From Chamaesiphon sp. (lineage in GTDB: Bacteria > Cyanobacteriota > Cyanobacteriia > Cyanobacteriales > Chamaesiphonaceae): a stretch of DNA of 64,000 nt. Location: positions 23,356 through 87,355 of the forward strand of contig CBDFFH010000025.1 in NCBI GenBank assembly GCA_965246715.1. The letters run 5' to 3'. A program made the translations under genes and the position numbers. Positions 54,218-64,000 of this stretch are shown here, one piece after another. Numbering within the stretch: position 1 is the stretch's first letter; the number at the start of each line of letters is the position of its first letter. Below the pieces are notes generated by a model that made no database searches, was not told where the DNA came from, and saw only the letters and a list, made by a program, of their open reading frames with translations.

Positions 54218-54336
54218 GCCCTTACCCCCAGCCCCTCTCTCTTGTCTGGCTAAACCGTCAGGAAACCTGATGAGCGCGAGCCGCCAAGCACTTGGGGGCG
54301 GGGAGCTAGAGCCGCAGGTGAGGGCGGGGTGAGGGC
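54218..54336. repeat. GC-rich hairpin repeat with an internal insert
   Basis: gcccttacccccagcccc...ggcggggtgagggc arms between convergent genes. Confidence 0.5.
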
Positions 54337-54401
54337 GAATCATCTGATTCGATCGCGATCGGCAAAGGTAAGTATAAATAGTAAGTAAGCTATCTATTGG
54401 C

Positions 54402-54599
54402 TCATTCAGCTTGAGTTTCAAAGTAATCAAAGATAGCGTCGAGTTGCGATAGTGTGACTAAACCGTATTGCCACATGACGATCGGTAAAACATTATATTC
54501 AGTGGGTGCTTTCTTGAGGGCGAGATCGATCGATGATTGGGGTAACATCAAGTGCTCTCTCAAGAATTGGACTGTTTGGGCGAGCCGATTGGCAGACAT
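54402..54599 (-). CDS. DUF2949 family protein
   Basis: QFLREHL, LPIVMWQYGLVTLSQLDAIFDY. Confidence 0.85.
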   Translation of the reverse strand: MSANRLAQTVQFLREHLMLPQSSIDLALKKAPTEYNVLPIVMWQYGLVTLSQLDAIFDYFETQAE

Positions 54600-54748
54600 C
54601 TTAAAGTTCCTCGATCGATGTAAATGTAGATATTAAAAGGTTTTTAAAAAAGCTATTCTATTTGCCGAATTGAAATGTAGTAGCTAGGCAAATGATTTAA
54701 AGTGGCGGAGTCCGAAGCCAGGGACTCCGCGCTCGGAGCGGCGAGACA

Positions 54749-54940
54749 TTAAGCTACACCGTTTTTAATCAAGTGGCGAATTACATTGTCTTTGACAAAT
54801 AATTGCCGTGAAACTTCGATGAATAATTTTCTAAGTTCTTCGTCGGAGAGGTTTTGGCTGTCGATCTCGAAGCTACGAATTTTAAATTCTTGCTCGATCG
54901 ATAGGCTTAAGCATTCAGGTGTCATGACATTTTTCTCCAT
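54749..54940 (-). CDS. nblA: Phycobilisome degradation protein NblA
   Basis: LSIEQEFKIRSF...LSDEELRKLFIEVSRQLFVKDNVIRHLIK; start 54940 or 54925 (track 54997). Confidence 0.85.
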   Translation of the reverse strand: MEKNVMTPECLSLSIEQEFKIRSFEIDSQNLSDEELRKLFIEVSRQLFVKDNVIRHLIKNGVA

Positions 54941-55254
54941 TGCTGTTAGTTGAGCTACCTTGAATGGGCTGTGGTGGTTACAGTTGTCGCTTCCCATGCA
55001 CTTAGATTAATCTCTTCGCACTTGACAATTCATCTCCCAAATGCATGACTAAATAGCACCCAAAGGGACTATCTGCGCCAAAAAGCTCGCGATAGACATT
55101 CTGGAGTTACCCCACTTGGGAGAGAAAATAACCCGATCGCTGTTGATAAGCTAGAAAAATTGCAGGCAGATACCCTTTTATTGATTTCCTTGATAAGCTG
55201 TGGTTATCCCGTGGCAGATGTCCACCTACTCATTTGTTTTTAACCAGGGAGACT

Positions 55255-55992
55255 ATGCTCGTAGATTTTTTGCAACAGTCGGCTAATCCTCTCTTTGTCT
55301 CACGACAATTTTTATCTACTTTGGGTACCCAAATCTCTGTCAGTGGACAGGACAACCTCCCTACCGATACTGCGGTGTTGGTGGTGAGCAATCATCGTAG
55401 TTTCATGGATGTGGCGGTACTGATGAATGCGCTAAATCTGCCGATTCATTTTGCTTGTCATCACTACATGGGACAAGTGCCGATTTTTGGAGATATGGTG
55501 ACTCAACTGGGATTTCTGCCCTTAGATGAACCGAAGCAGCGTTATAATACCTTTTTCGATCGTGCGAGCCTCTTGCTCCAAAACCACGAAGCGATCGGGA
55601 TTTTCCCTGAGGGTACCAAGCCGATGGTAGAATCGACATCCCCAAGATCGATCGGTGAATTCCAACGCGGTTTCGCACATCTGGCGCTACGCGCTCCAGT
55701 GGAAAATTTGATAGTATTACCGGTAGCGATCGCGGCGCGGCAAGAGTTGAATACGAGTTTATTTCCCGTTCGCTGGCTACAGTTATTCGATCCAGCCGAA
55801 CCCTTATTCGATCGACCGGATTGGCATCCATTAGTGCTCTATCATCAGGTACAAGTGTCGATCGGTAAACCCATTCTCATTACCTCAACCCAAAAACAGG
55901 ATTATCATGGGAGAAAGGCGCTAACTTGGGTCAAAGAGCTAACCGCACATTGTCAACAAGAGATTCGATCGCTACTCAGAGCAGCACTTTGA
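55255..55992 (+). CDS. Lysophospholipid acyltransferase (PlsC family)
   Basis: VVSNHRSFMD (HxxxxD), IFPEGT, GFAHLA, LPVAI. Confidence 0.88.
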   Translation: MLVDFLQQSANPLFVSRQFLSTLGTQISVSGQDNLPTDTAVLVVSNHRSFMDVAVLMNALNLPIHFACHHYMGQVPIFGDMVTQLGFLPLDEPKQRYNTFFDRASLLLQNHEAIGIFPEGTKPMVESTSPRSIGEFQRGFAHLALRAPVENLIVLPVAIAARQELNTSLFPVRWLQLFDPAEPLFDRPDWHPLVLYHQVQVSIGKPILITSTQKQDYHGRKALTWVKELTAHCQQEIRSLLRAAL

Positions 55993-56086
55993 GTTAGTCA
56001 ATAAGTGGCTAGCCACGAACTGTTAACGATCGGGAGGGAATTTAAACCGCCGATCCATACCAAATCAACTATTCTAAATCACCTAC

Positions 56087-56932
56087 ATGTCTGTCGAGCA
56101 CCTGATTCACTTCCTCCCACCGCAACATCCCCAACCGCACGCTCCACTGCTAATCTACTTACCAGGTATGGATGGCACGGGACAGCTACTCAGATCTCAA
56201 GCCAGTTCCTTAGAACGATCTTTTGATATCAGACGATTGTCGATCCCGGTAGACGACTTGACTGACTGGGATGCATTGGTGAACAAGATTGCCGACTTAA
56301 TCGAAACAGAGCTAGGTACACAAATTCCGCGTCGCGCGCTGTATTTATGCGGTGAGTCATTTGGTGGTTGTTTGGCGCTAAAACTAGCGATTGCCAAACC
56401 AAAATTATGCGATCGCTTGATTTTAGTCAATCCGGCCTCTTCCTTCAAGCAGCAACCCTGGATGCGCTGGGCGACGTACTTTACGCACCTGTTACCAGCA
56501 AACCTATATTCGCTCTCTTGCATGGTATTACTGCCCTTTCTAGCCGCATTAGATCGGATCGCACGGGAGGATCGAAATCTGTTGCTACAAGTGATGCAAT
56601 CGGTACGATTTAAGAGTGCGATGTGGCGGATTTCACTGCTGGATAGTTTTGATGTGAGTGTCGAACAACTTCAGCAGATCGCTCAACCGACTCTAATTAT
56701 TAGTAGCGGTAGGGATCGATTATTACCCTCAGCAGCTGAAGGAAAGCTTCTGAACCAAAATATTCCGCGATCGGATCTTCACTTGATTCCTGATGGTGGA
56801 CACGCTGTACTCTTAGAACGAGATGTCGATTTTGAAGAGATTCTCCGCATTCATGGATTTTTAGACAATAAGGAAGACAAAAACCCTGTTGCACTTCCAG
56901 GTAACTTGGTAACCACCCAATCTCAAATCTAA
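56087..56932 (+). CDS. Alpha/beta hydrolase resembling the hydrolase domain of phytyl ester synthases
   Basis: YLPGMDGTG, YLCGESFGG, LILVNPASSF, DRLLPS, GGHAVLLE. Confidence 0.85.
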   Translation: MSVEHLIHFLPPQHPQPHAPLLIYLPGMDGTGQLLRSQASSLERSFDIRRLSIPVDDLTDWDALVNKIADLIETELGTQIPRRALYLCGESFGGCLALKLAIAKPKLCDRLILVNPASSFKQQPWMRWATYFTHLLPANLYSLSCMVLLPFLAALDRIAREDRNLLLQVMQSVRFKSAMWRISLLDSFDVSVEQLQQIAQPTLIISSGRDRLLPSAAEGKLLNQNIPRSDLHLIPDGGHAVLLERDVDFEEILRIHGFLDNKEDKNPVALPGNLVTTQSQI

Positions 56933-57103
56933 TCTAGTTGCTAGTGGCTAGTGGCTAGTGGCCGATCGACCATACCTCACTCGAGCGAGCGCCATTGCCA
57001 TGATTCTTACAAACATTTGCGAGCTACACAAACTAGAATTCGTTTACACGAGCTGATAATGAATTCGAGTAAAATATGAGTCTAGTTTCGATCGCCAGCA
57101 ATT

Positions 57104-59122
57104 ATGGATATTCCCCGTTTACATCCCGAAACGATCGACGAAGTAAAAAATAAAGTCGATATTATCGATGTAGTCGGCGAGCATGTCGTGCTCAAGAAGC
57201 GGGGTAAAGATTATTTGGGTTCTTGCCCATTTCATCAGGAAAAATCTCCCAGTTTTTCAGTCAGCCCAACCAAGCAGATGTATTACTGTTTTGGCTGTCA
57301 AGCAGGCGGAAATGCAATTACATTTTTGATGGAAGTTGGGAAGCAATCTTTTACTGAGGTTGTTTTAGATCTGGCGCGAAAATATCAGATCTCGATTCAG
57401 ACACTAGCGCCAGAGCAACGCCAAGAATTACAACGCAAATTATCGCAGCGCGAGCAATCGTATGAGATTTTGGCGATAACTGCCAATTTTTACCAACATG
57501 CCCTCAACCAGTCTCAAGGCGAGAAGGCTTTAAATTATCTCAAGATCGATCGCGGCTTTAGCGATGAGACGATTCAAGGATTTCAACTGGGTTACTCACC
57601 ATCAGGTTGGGAAACTCTGACTAACTATCTGATCGAACAAAAAAAGTTTCCCGCTAAAGCGATCGAAGCAGCAGGTCTGATTATCCCCCGTAAGGATGGT
57701 AATAGTTATTACGATCGGTTTCGCGATCGATTGATGGTGCCGATCTGCGATCTTCGCGGACGAGTAATTGGTTTCGGTGGTAGAACATTAAGCGACGAAC
57801 AGCCAAAATATCTTAATTCACCTGAGACGGAGTTATTCGATAAAGGCAAGACATTATATGGAATCGATCGGGCTAAAGATAGCATCAATAAAACCGATCG
57901 AGCGGTAGTAGTTGAAGGCTATTTTGATGTCATCGCCCTTCATGCTGCAGGAATCACTAGTGCGGTAGCAGCCTTGGGAACAGCATTGAGTTTAGCTCAA
58001 GTCAAGCAGTTGGTTAAGTATACTGACTCCAAGCAAATTATTCTCAATTTTGATGCGGACAAAGCTGGAAATATCGCCGCCGAACGGGCGATCGGTGAGA
58101 TTGCCAATCTGGCATATCAAGGACAAGTCCAACTGCGGATTCTCAATCTACCCAGTGGTAAAGATGCTGATGAATTTCTCAAAACTAATAGTCAAGCAAG
58201 TTATCTCAAATTATTAGATGATGCGCCGTTGTGGCTGGATTGGCAAATTCAGCAAGCGATCGAGAGTCGCGATCTCACGCAAGCAGAACATTATCAACAA
58301 GCAACCAAGAAAGTCGTCGAACTGCTTGCCAATATTACCGATGCAAATACTCGCGCTCATTATCTCAAACACTCAGCAGGATTGTTGAGCGCATCAGAGA
58401 CGCGGATGATTCCATTATTGATTGAAAACTTACAAACAGCGATTAAAAAGTTTCAACCAACCAAAATACCCTACACCAGCCAAACGACACAGGGGTATAC
58501 TCGAACGCCGCAATTAGAACCGATCGAATTAGAGTCTCCGGACGAATCAGAGGATGCTGAGGTAGCCGCTGAAGTAGCTCCAGTTGGCATTCATCCAAAT
58601 CACAGATTATTAGAACAGGCGGAAAGTTTATTATTGCGGCTGTATCTACATTATCCCGCGCAGCGATTGACGATTATCGATGAATTAGATTCGGCTGAGT
58701 TAAATTTCACGCTAGCACATCATCAATTTCTGTGGGAGAAAATTATCGAGGTGTCATCACAGAGTAATTCGCAGCCACAAGAGATCGATTATTTAGACGA
58801 AAAATTAATTATTAAACTTCAAGACTTAGCGATCGAGTATCCCAGTAAAACTAGAGCGATTGAGCATTTATTTCATCTTGACGAGCATACCGCCCAAGAG
58901 ATTCAACGCTCGCCATTGGTACTCAGAGCCGCGATCGCTTGTCTGGAAAAAGCTACTTGCGAACGTAAATGTCAAGAATATCTCAACAAATTGAAAAGTC
59001 AAGACCTCGAAGATATCGCCAATCAACAAGACAATCTCAAAGCATACTTAGCTGTCAAACAAAGGTTGCAACAACTCCAGCAGCAACGCGTCGTTACTAT
59101 TTCCGATCTAATCGCCTTTTAA
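57104..59122 (+). CDS. dnaG: DNA primase
   Basis: CPFH..SPSF..YYCFGC zinc finger, DRFRDR, FGGR, KYLNSPET, VEGYFD, FDADKAG. Confidence 0.97.
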   Translation: MDIPRLHPETIDEVKNKVDIIDVVGEHVVLKKRGKDYLGSCPFHQEKSPSFSVSPTKQMYYCFGCQAGGNAITFLMEVGKQSFTEVVLDLARKYQISIQTLAPEQRQELQRKLSQREQSYEILAITANFYQHALNQSQGEKALNYLKIDRGFSDETIQGFQLGYSPSGWETLTNYLIEQKKFPAKAIEAAGLIIPRKDGNSYYDRFRDRLMVPICDLRGRVIGFGGRTLSDEQPKYLNSPETELFDKGKTLYGIDRAKDSINKTDRAVVVEGYFDVIALHAAGITSAVAALGTALSLAQVKQLVKYTDSKQIILNFDADKAGNIAAERAIGEIANLAYQGQVQLRILNLPSGKDADEFLKTNSQASYLKLLDDAPLWLDWQIQQAIESRDLTQAEHYQQATKKVVELLANITDANTRAHYLKHSAGLLSASETRMIPLLIENLQTAIKKFQPTKIPYTSQTTQGYTRTPQLEPIELESPDESEDAEVAAEVAPVGIHPNHRLLEQAESLLLRLYLHYPAQRLTIIDELDSAELNFTLAHHQFLWEKIIEVSSQSNSQPQEIDYLDEKLIIKLQDLAIEYPSKTRAIEHLFHLDEHTAQEIQRSPLVLRAAIACLEKATCERKCQEYLNKLKSQDLEDIANQQDNLKAYLAVKQRLQQLQQQRVVTISDLIAF

Positions 59123-59153
59123 TAATCCTCACATCTTGCACCAATATAGATTT

Positions 59154-59216
59154 AGGGTACCCACAAGGGGCACCCCTACAGGTTAATTGTGTAGGGGTGC
59201 CCCTTGTGGGTACCCT
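59154..59216. repeat. REP doublet (REPIN-like): two inverted 27-bp GTAG-type units with a 9-bp spacer
   Basis: agggtacccacaaggggcacccctaca-ggttaattg-tgtaggggtgccccttgtgggtaccct. Confidence 0.88.
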
Positions 59217-59288
59217 CAGATCTGTGCGTTTACTACATTCGCGGAGATCGTGACACAACACATGCGGGCATTTGCACCCCGTAAATCG

Positions 59289-59328
59289 TAAGTCGGTATG
59301 GTTAGATCGATCTAACCATACCGACTTA
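59289..59328. terminator. Perfect 40-bp palindrome between convergent genes, likely bidirectional terminator
   Basis: taagtcggtatggttagatc|gatctaaccataccgactta. Confidence 0.6.
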
Positions 59329-59342
59329 ATTGATTGTTGTGC

Positions 59343-60383
59343 CTATTTAGTAGCGGCTTCCTTAATCGGAGTGACAGCGATATCACCAACTTTACGGGTA
59401 ATTTCTACCCCAGATTCTTCGAGAATGACCATCGGCGAGAGAGTTTGTTCGCCTTCAACTCGTTTGATTTTGACTTTGCCATCATAAATGCGATCGCCGA
59501 TCTCGACATAGCGGCTGAAAGATTCATTTGGCAATCGCACGATTACTTGGGTTTTGCCAGCAACTTCAATGATGCCAGAGACACCTACCGTTCGGGCTAA
59601 TGTCGGCTCCGATGGTGTCGGCGCTACGTTAGAGATCGCAGGCATTCTATCGGGTTGATATGGTTGGGGTAGCGGTTTGATAACGACCCTGTCTCGATCC
59701 CGTGGTGGCAGGGAAACTGGTCTCATGGCAATAGGCGGATTTCGAGGAGTTGCCGCACTAGGATCTACCGTTTTTGGCTTGATGGCAACGACGATCTTCG
59801 GTAACTTGCGATCGACTCCAGATCTCGGAATTTGGGAGATATCGACATTCCCTTTACCGACCGGGGCGTTGGTCGGACGAGTCGGACTAATCGCGGCGAC
59901 GGTGGTTTGATTGACTTTAATTCCAGGGAGCGGTTTGTTGGCACCAGACTTAATCGGTGTCGAGCCGCCACTGGTGATTTTAGGCGCTGACTTTTGGGAA
60001 TTACTTATTTGTGCCACCGGATTTGTGCCAGTGGGAACTTCAACGGCTCGCAACGCTAACATTGCAAAGGGATCGGAGCGACCCTTCGAGACGGTTTTTG
60101 TCCAATTATCAGCGTCTGTTGGTGCGATTAACCCTGCGGCAAGATCGACAGTAACCGGTTTTGTTGGTTTGGATGGTGTCGCAGCAATAGCTGGGGTAGT
60201 ACTGGCAACAGGTGTAGTAGTGGAAGCAGCCGGTGGCACCACAGCGCTCGGACTGGCAGCGGGGCTAACACCAGGACTAGGACTTACGGCAGGGGTTGCA
60301 ACAGGTTTGCCACCATCACCACAACTAGTAATGGCGAGCGCTAAACTCCCGACTAAACCCAAATAAAACCAAGACTTATTCAT
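59343..60383 (-). CDS. Proline-rich lipoprotein with PilP-like C-terminal beta domain
   Basis: Lipobox LAITS-C, long Pro/Ala/Thr linker, GRSDPFA motif, C-terminal beta-rich domain. Confidence 0.7.
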   Translation of the reverse strand: MNKSWFYLGLVGSLALAITSCGDGGKPVATPAVSPSPGVSPAASPSAVVPPAASTTTPVASTTPAIAATPSKPTKPVTVDLAAGLIAPTDADNWTKTVSKGRSDPFAMLALRAVEVPTGTNPVAQISNSQKSAPKITSGGSTPIKSGANKPLPGIKVNQTTVAAISPTRPTNAPVGKGNVDISQIPRSGVDRKLPKIVVAIKPKTVDPSAATPRNPPIAMRPVSLPPRDRDRVVIKPLPQPYQPDRMPAISNVAPTPSEPTLARTVGVSGIIEVAGKTQVIVRLPNESFSRYVEIGDRIYDGKVKIKRVEGEQTLSPMVILEESGVEITRKVGDIAVTPIKEAATK

Positions 60384-60684
60384 TAGTTTCTATACCTCGC
60401 TTCCCTGGATATCTATATACATATAATTTTGCGGACAGGTGAGATCGGGCGTTTACTCTATGTCACTATCAGCGGTTAGATTGCCAACGGTGAGGTGATA
60501 GCCGTTCCGCGTTCAAAACTCGGAGTGAGCGACTAGATTTACTTTTAAGGCATCGCACCGTTCGATTGGCTGTCTATTTTTATACTACCCAAATCCTCTG
60601 CAAAGATATCGTTAGCGATCGTCGATTTAGTTTGGATTGTCGATCGAGCGAAAAAAAGCGCTAGATCGTCGCGCTCGATCGAGC

Positions 60685-61458
60685 TTAAGCATCATTATTG
60701 ACTAACATTACTTTCAACACGTTTAGTCCTTTTTTGACATGCCGCGATACTGTAATCACGCTGATATCCATCCGCTCGGCAACTTGTTTCTGCGTCAGAT
60801 CGTGGAGAAACACAAATTCCAAAATTTGACGGGTATGTTGTTCGAGTGTGACTAAACTCTGTTGCACTCGCAGGCGATCTTCTTGGGATAGTTGAAAACT
60901 CTGGTAGTGACGATCGGGTAATAAATCGGCTAAGCTACCTGTTTCTTCATCATTGCCAATCGGACAATCTAAGCTTACTGGCTGACGGTTCTGATAAGCT
61001 AGTTTGATCTCTTGCCATTCAACCAGCGAAACATCTAAAGCTAGCGCGATTTCACTTTCTGTCGGCTGGCGTTGGTATTTTGCTTGTAAATCTTTAGTAA
61101 TCGTGCCAGCCTGTTGGGCTAATGCAAACCAGCGGCGGGGCATTTTGAGCACAGAACCTTTGTCGCGCAGATAGTGTTGAATCTCGCCGCGAATGTACGG
61201 AATCGCAAAGGTACTGAACGCACATCCTTTGACGATCTCAAATTTATCGATCGCGTTAATCAAGCCAATGCTACCTACCTGGAGCAGATCGTCGTAGGTT
61301 TCTTTGCACTGATTTACCCAATAGTGTGCTTCCTTCCGCACTAATCCCAAATTCAGTTCCACGATCTGGTTGCGGAGTCTTGCTTTGCCAGTCTGCTTGT
61401 ATTCTCGCAATAGTTGTAAACTGTGGTGCTTCAGATCGCATTCTAAAACGGTAGTCAT
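60685..61458 (-). CDS. sigF: Group 3 sigma factor, SigF/SigJ type
   Basis: LNLGLVRKEAH, DDLLQVGSIGL, FSTFAIPYIRGEIQHYLRDK, HDLTQKQVAERMDISVITVSR. Confidence 0.9.
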   Translation of the reverse strand: MTTVLECDLKHHSLQLLREYKQTGKARLRNQIVELNLGLVRKEAHYWVNQCKETYDDLLQVGSIGLINAIDKFEIVKGCAFSTFAIPYIRGEIQHYLRDKGSVLKMPRRWFALAQQAGTITKDLQAKYQRQPTESEIALALDVSLVEWQEIKLAYQNRQPVSLDCPIGNDEETGSLADLLPDRHYQSFQLSQEDRLRVQQSLVTLEQHTRQILEFVFLHDLTQKQVAERMDISVITVSRHVKKGLNVLKVMLVNNDA

Positions 61459-62445
61459 GACAATTTCTCAAGGTAGGATTTGATGTTCGAGCACTAAGAA
61501 TTTGAGGTAATAACTAAAATTACCAATGGCAGATTCAAGAAATTATCTGACAGAGCTGCTTTGCCAGCACTAGATTCAACTAAAAATCAGTCATCATGGC
61601 ATGAAGATCGACACTACTACCGCTTTTGCCAGCAATGTTTGATTTTAGATTCGCTTCAATAGCGATTATTTAGTTTAAAAATCTAATTACTTGTTGCGGT
61701 CGGCCGCACGGTTTAGTCTAGCTCCCACATTTAGATGCTTAAAGTTCAAAGTAGTATGTTTGGGATATTAAGTTCGCTCGATAACTTAGCAGTTCTCACT
61801 AGCTCTATCAACTCAATTACGTTCGCGTAGCGCACCTTGATGAAATCGTTTTCGGTAACTCGATTGTTCCCGACCCATCGATTTTAATCTCAGAGGGGGC
61901 TAAACTCAATCAGTGAGATTACTAGTCATTTGTATTTTTGTAAAGTTAAATATTTAGGTCTCAGTATTTGCACGTATTTTTCTCGCCGCCAACATTTGAC
62001 GTTGCTTTAGTTCCATTCTCAACGATTAGTTTCGAAATGTTTGCGATCGATCTATCCGTTACCCCTCGATCCTCGTCACATAACCAGTCCAAATCGCTCG
62101 ATTACCTCCGGTAAGCTTCACCAACGAGTAGTGGGGAGCGCAAAAATTCACACATGGGTAATAAAAAATCATCTACTTTCAAGGTAGACGATCGGCTGGT
62201 TATAGACAAAGCTAGTTGCCGTAAGGCTACTCGCTAGCCTAAATAAAAATACTTGCGTAACGCTATCGATCTAGTCTGAATGCCAACTTTGGGAAGATCT
62301 GTGATAAAGATACAGCTACACGAGCGAAATCTGTGCGTCTGGAATCGGGCATAAATCTTGGGATCGAAGTAAAGAGATTTCGCTCGTGCAGTAAGATTGG
62401 CGACTCGATCGATCTAAGGCAATAGTATTGCTAAACTTGCGATTT

Positions 62446-62823
62446 TTAGTCCTTGTTGCGATCGAGCTGAATCAGATGGATATGCTTGTAACCGAGCTTA
62501 ATTTCAAACTCATCGCCTTCAGCCAAACCCATCTCTTTAGTGTAGGTCGAGCCGATCACGATTTGCAGATTTTTATGAACGGTTACTTTATAAGTAGGTT
62601 CGCGGCCCCGGCCATCTTTGCTACCCTCTGGATCTAGCGGTACACCTTTTGCCGCTAATACAGCATCATAAAAATCAGTCAAGTTCACACGGACTTGACC
62701 CGTTTTAGCTGTGCTGTAATAACCGCATTGTTTAGCTGTTTCCCGTCTAGGAAGATTTGAGAGTTCTTTTACTTTTTGAAGTAGCGCTTTCCCTGTAAGG
62801 GGAGTAGGTGAATTTTCCGTCAT
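62446..62823 (-). CDS. calA: Cyanobacterial AbrB-like regulator, cyAbrB1/CalA clade
   Basis: LTGKALLQKVKELSNLPRRETAKQCGYY, FYDAVLAAKG, GDEFEIKLGYKHIHL. Confidence 0.85.
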   Translation of the reverse strand: MTENSPTPLTGKALLQKVKELSNLPRRETAKQCGYYSTAKTGQVRVNLTDFYDAVLAAKGVPLDPEGSKDGRGREPTYKVTVHKNLQIVIGSTYTKEMGLAEGDEFEIKLGYKHIHLIQLDRNKD

Positions 62824-63115
62824 TTGCTTACCAAATATTTCGACATCTTTATGGCGATCGACATTGTTGAGAGCAAAAATTAGCTCTTTATAAATATATA
62901 TCCAAATTGCCCAAAAAGAACAAAGATTTTTTGCGATTTAGTGAATTTCCGTAAAGTTTGTGAGGAACAATCTCGCTAAATATCATTGGAAGCGGACTGC
63001 AATGGCGGATATTTGCCACTAAATATGATTTATGAAATATGACCGATCGAGATCCGCCCGGTAAACCTTTTTGCTATGCTGTTAACGGATCGAGTAATCG
63101 GAGGTAAATAAGATC

Positions 63116-63295
63116 GTGGTCGAAAAAACACAACCAGACTCAAAAGTCACAACTTCACCAATCGAACCTAGTTTTGGCTGGAATGTCTATGCCGAACAAA
63201 TTAATGGTCGATTTGCAATGGTCGGATTTGTATTGTTATTGGTGCTCGAATTAGTAACGGGTGAAGATTTATTGACATGGCTCGGACTTCGTTAG
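63116..63295 (+). CDS. hli: High-light-inducible protein (Hli/SCP), not in ORF track
   Basis: Manual translation MVEKTQPDSKVTTSPIEPSFGWNVYAEQINGRFAMVGFVLLLVLELVTGEDLLTWLGLR; ExxNGRxAM motif; GGAGGT RBS at 63100; GTG start. Confidence 0.92.
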   Translation: MVEKTQPDSKVTTSPIEPSFGWNVYAEQINGRFAMVGFVLLLVLELVTGEDLLTWLGLR

Positions 63296-63578
63296 TTAGT
63301 TACTAGTTCCTAGTGGCTAGTTTAGAGCTTAAAGGTAGGCTCTAATTTTTAGGTAGCTAGTAGCTAGTGGTAGCCATTACCTGCGAGTCTTAATTTATTT
63401 CCACAGCTTCACGCTCATGGCGATCGGCAAATTTTGCGACAAAATAGTAACGGATCGCCAGAGTTAGAAATCTAGGTTTTTTAGCTCGGAAATTCGCTAA
63501 GTTAACTCGTCATAAAACAGCGCACCCGCGTAGGCCAAAAATTGGGTCTAAGGGGTGCGCTTTAGATCTTGAGACTAT

Positions 63579-64000
63579 TTAGTAACGATCGGGGAAAACG
63601 ATCGGTTCTGTGCCGGATGGTGGTAGTCCTGAAGGTGGTTCGCCCGGTTTGTCATCGGGATCGACAATTGGCTCGTAATCTACATAATTTGCCATCGTAC
63701 CTTCGACATCTCTGGGTCGCTCGGACTGAGCAGAGAAGTTATCGCGATCGCGTGGCGGACGCGATCGGCGGCGAGGAGTGACCTCTGGATCGTCGGTAAC
63801 GAACCGCTCGTCGCGACGGCGCGACTCACGCTCGCGGGACTCACGGGGTTCTCGCTCTTCGTCAGGCACTCCATTGCTGCGACTGGTTCTGCGTTCCGAT
63901 CTCGAATCGATGCTATCGGCATCTGGAAGCGCGCGCCGAGGAGTTCTAGGACTGGATCGTTGGCTGAGCCTCTCCTCTGGAGAATCGCCCCAATCGGTTT
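63579..64000 (-). CDS. Arg-rich low-complexity C-terminus of a gene starting outside the window (Ycf66-like tail)
   Basis: R/E/P-rich frame ending NYVDYEPI...FPDRY; family call tentative. Confidence 0.55.
   Translation of the reverse strand, partial: TDWGDSPEERLSQRSSPRTPRRALPDADSIDSRSERRTSRSNGVPDEEREPRESRERESRRRDERFVTDDPEVTPRRRSRPPRDRDNFSAQSERPRDVEGTMANYVDYEPIVDPDDKPGEPPSGLPPSGTEPIVFPDRY

Noticed and set aside
61460..62440. Long intergenic region as an RNA gene or small ORF (MGNKKSSTFK... near 62154)
   Set aside because: No tRNA, known ncRNA or riboswitch signature recognised; small ORF unsupported.

Overview
Cyanobacterial chromosomal segment (psaM, pcyA, nblA, ndhV, an hli gene, cyAbrB and group 2/3 sigma factors, very dense CGATCG/HIP1-type sites; the style suggests a Chamaesiphon-like genome, which is an inference only). 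Most of it is housekeeping and photosynthesis-support genes (glcE, pdhA, xfp, cbiT, cdsA, phoH, surE, dnaG, mutT, sigD, sigF). No rRNA, tRNA or CRISPR array was seen. On top of this sits a rich layer of small mobile DNA: nested MITEs with target-site duplications that land in hairpin repeats, REP-like doublets, an internally deleted mini-IS5 that still encodes an in-frame fusion peptide, a 1.5-copy IS5 that splits a gene, and several IS graveyards. Best leads: a 143-bp triplication of the ndhV 3' end with allelic differences, a PilP-like lipoprotein next to sigF, a Dam-family methylase plus small PD-(D/E)XK nuclease pair, an acyltransferase/hydrolase pair resembling a split phytyl ester synthase, and an SLH-barrel surface locus. 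All family calls come from motif recognition by eye, not from database searches.
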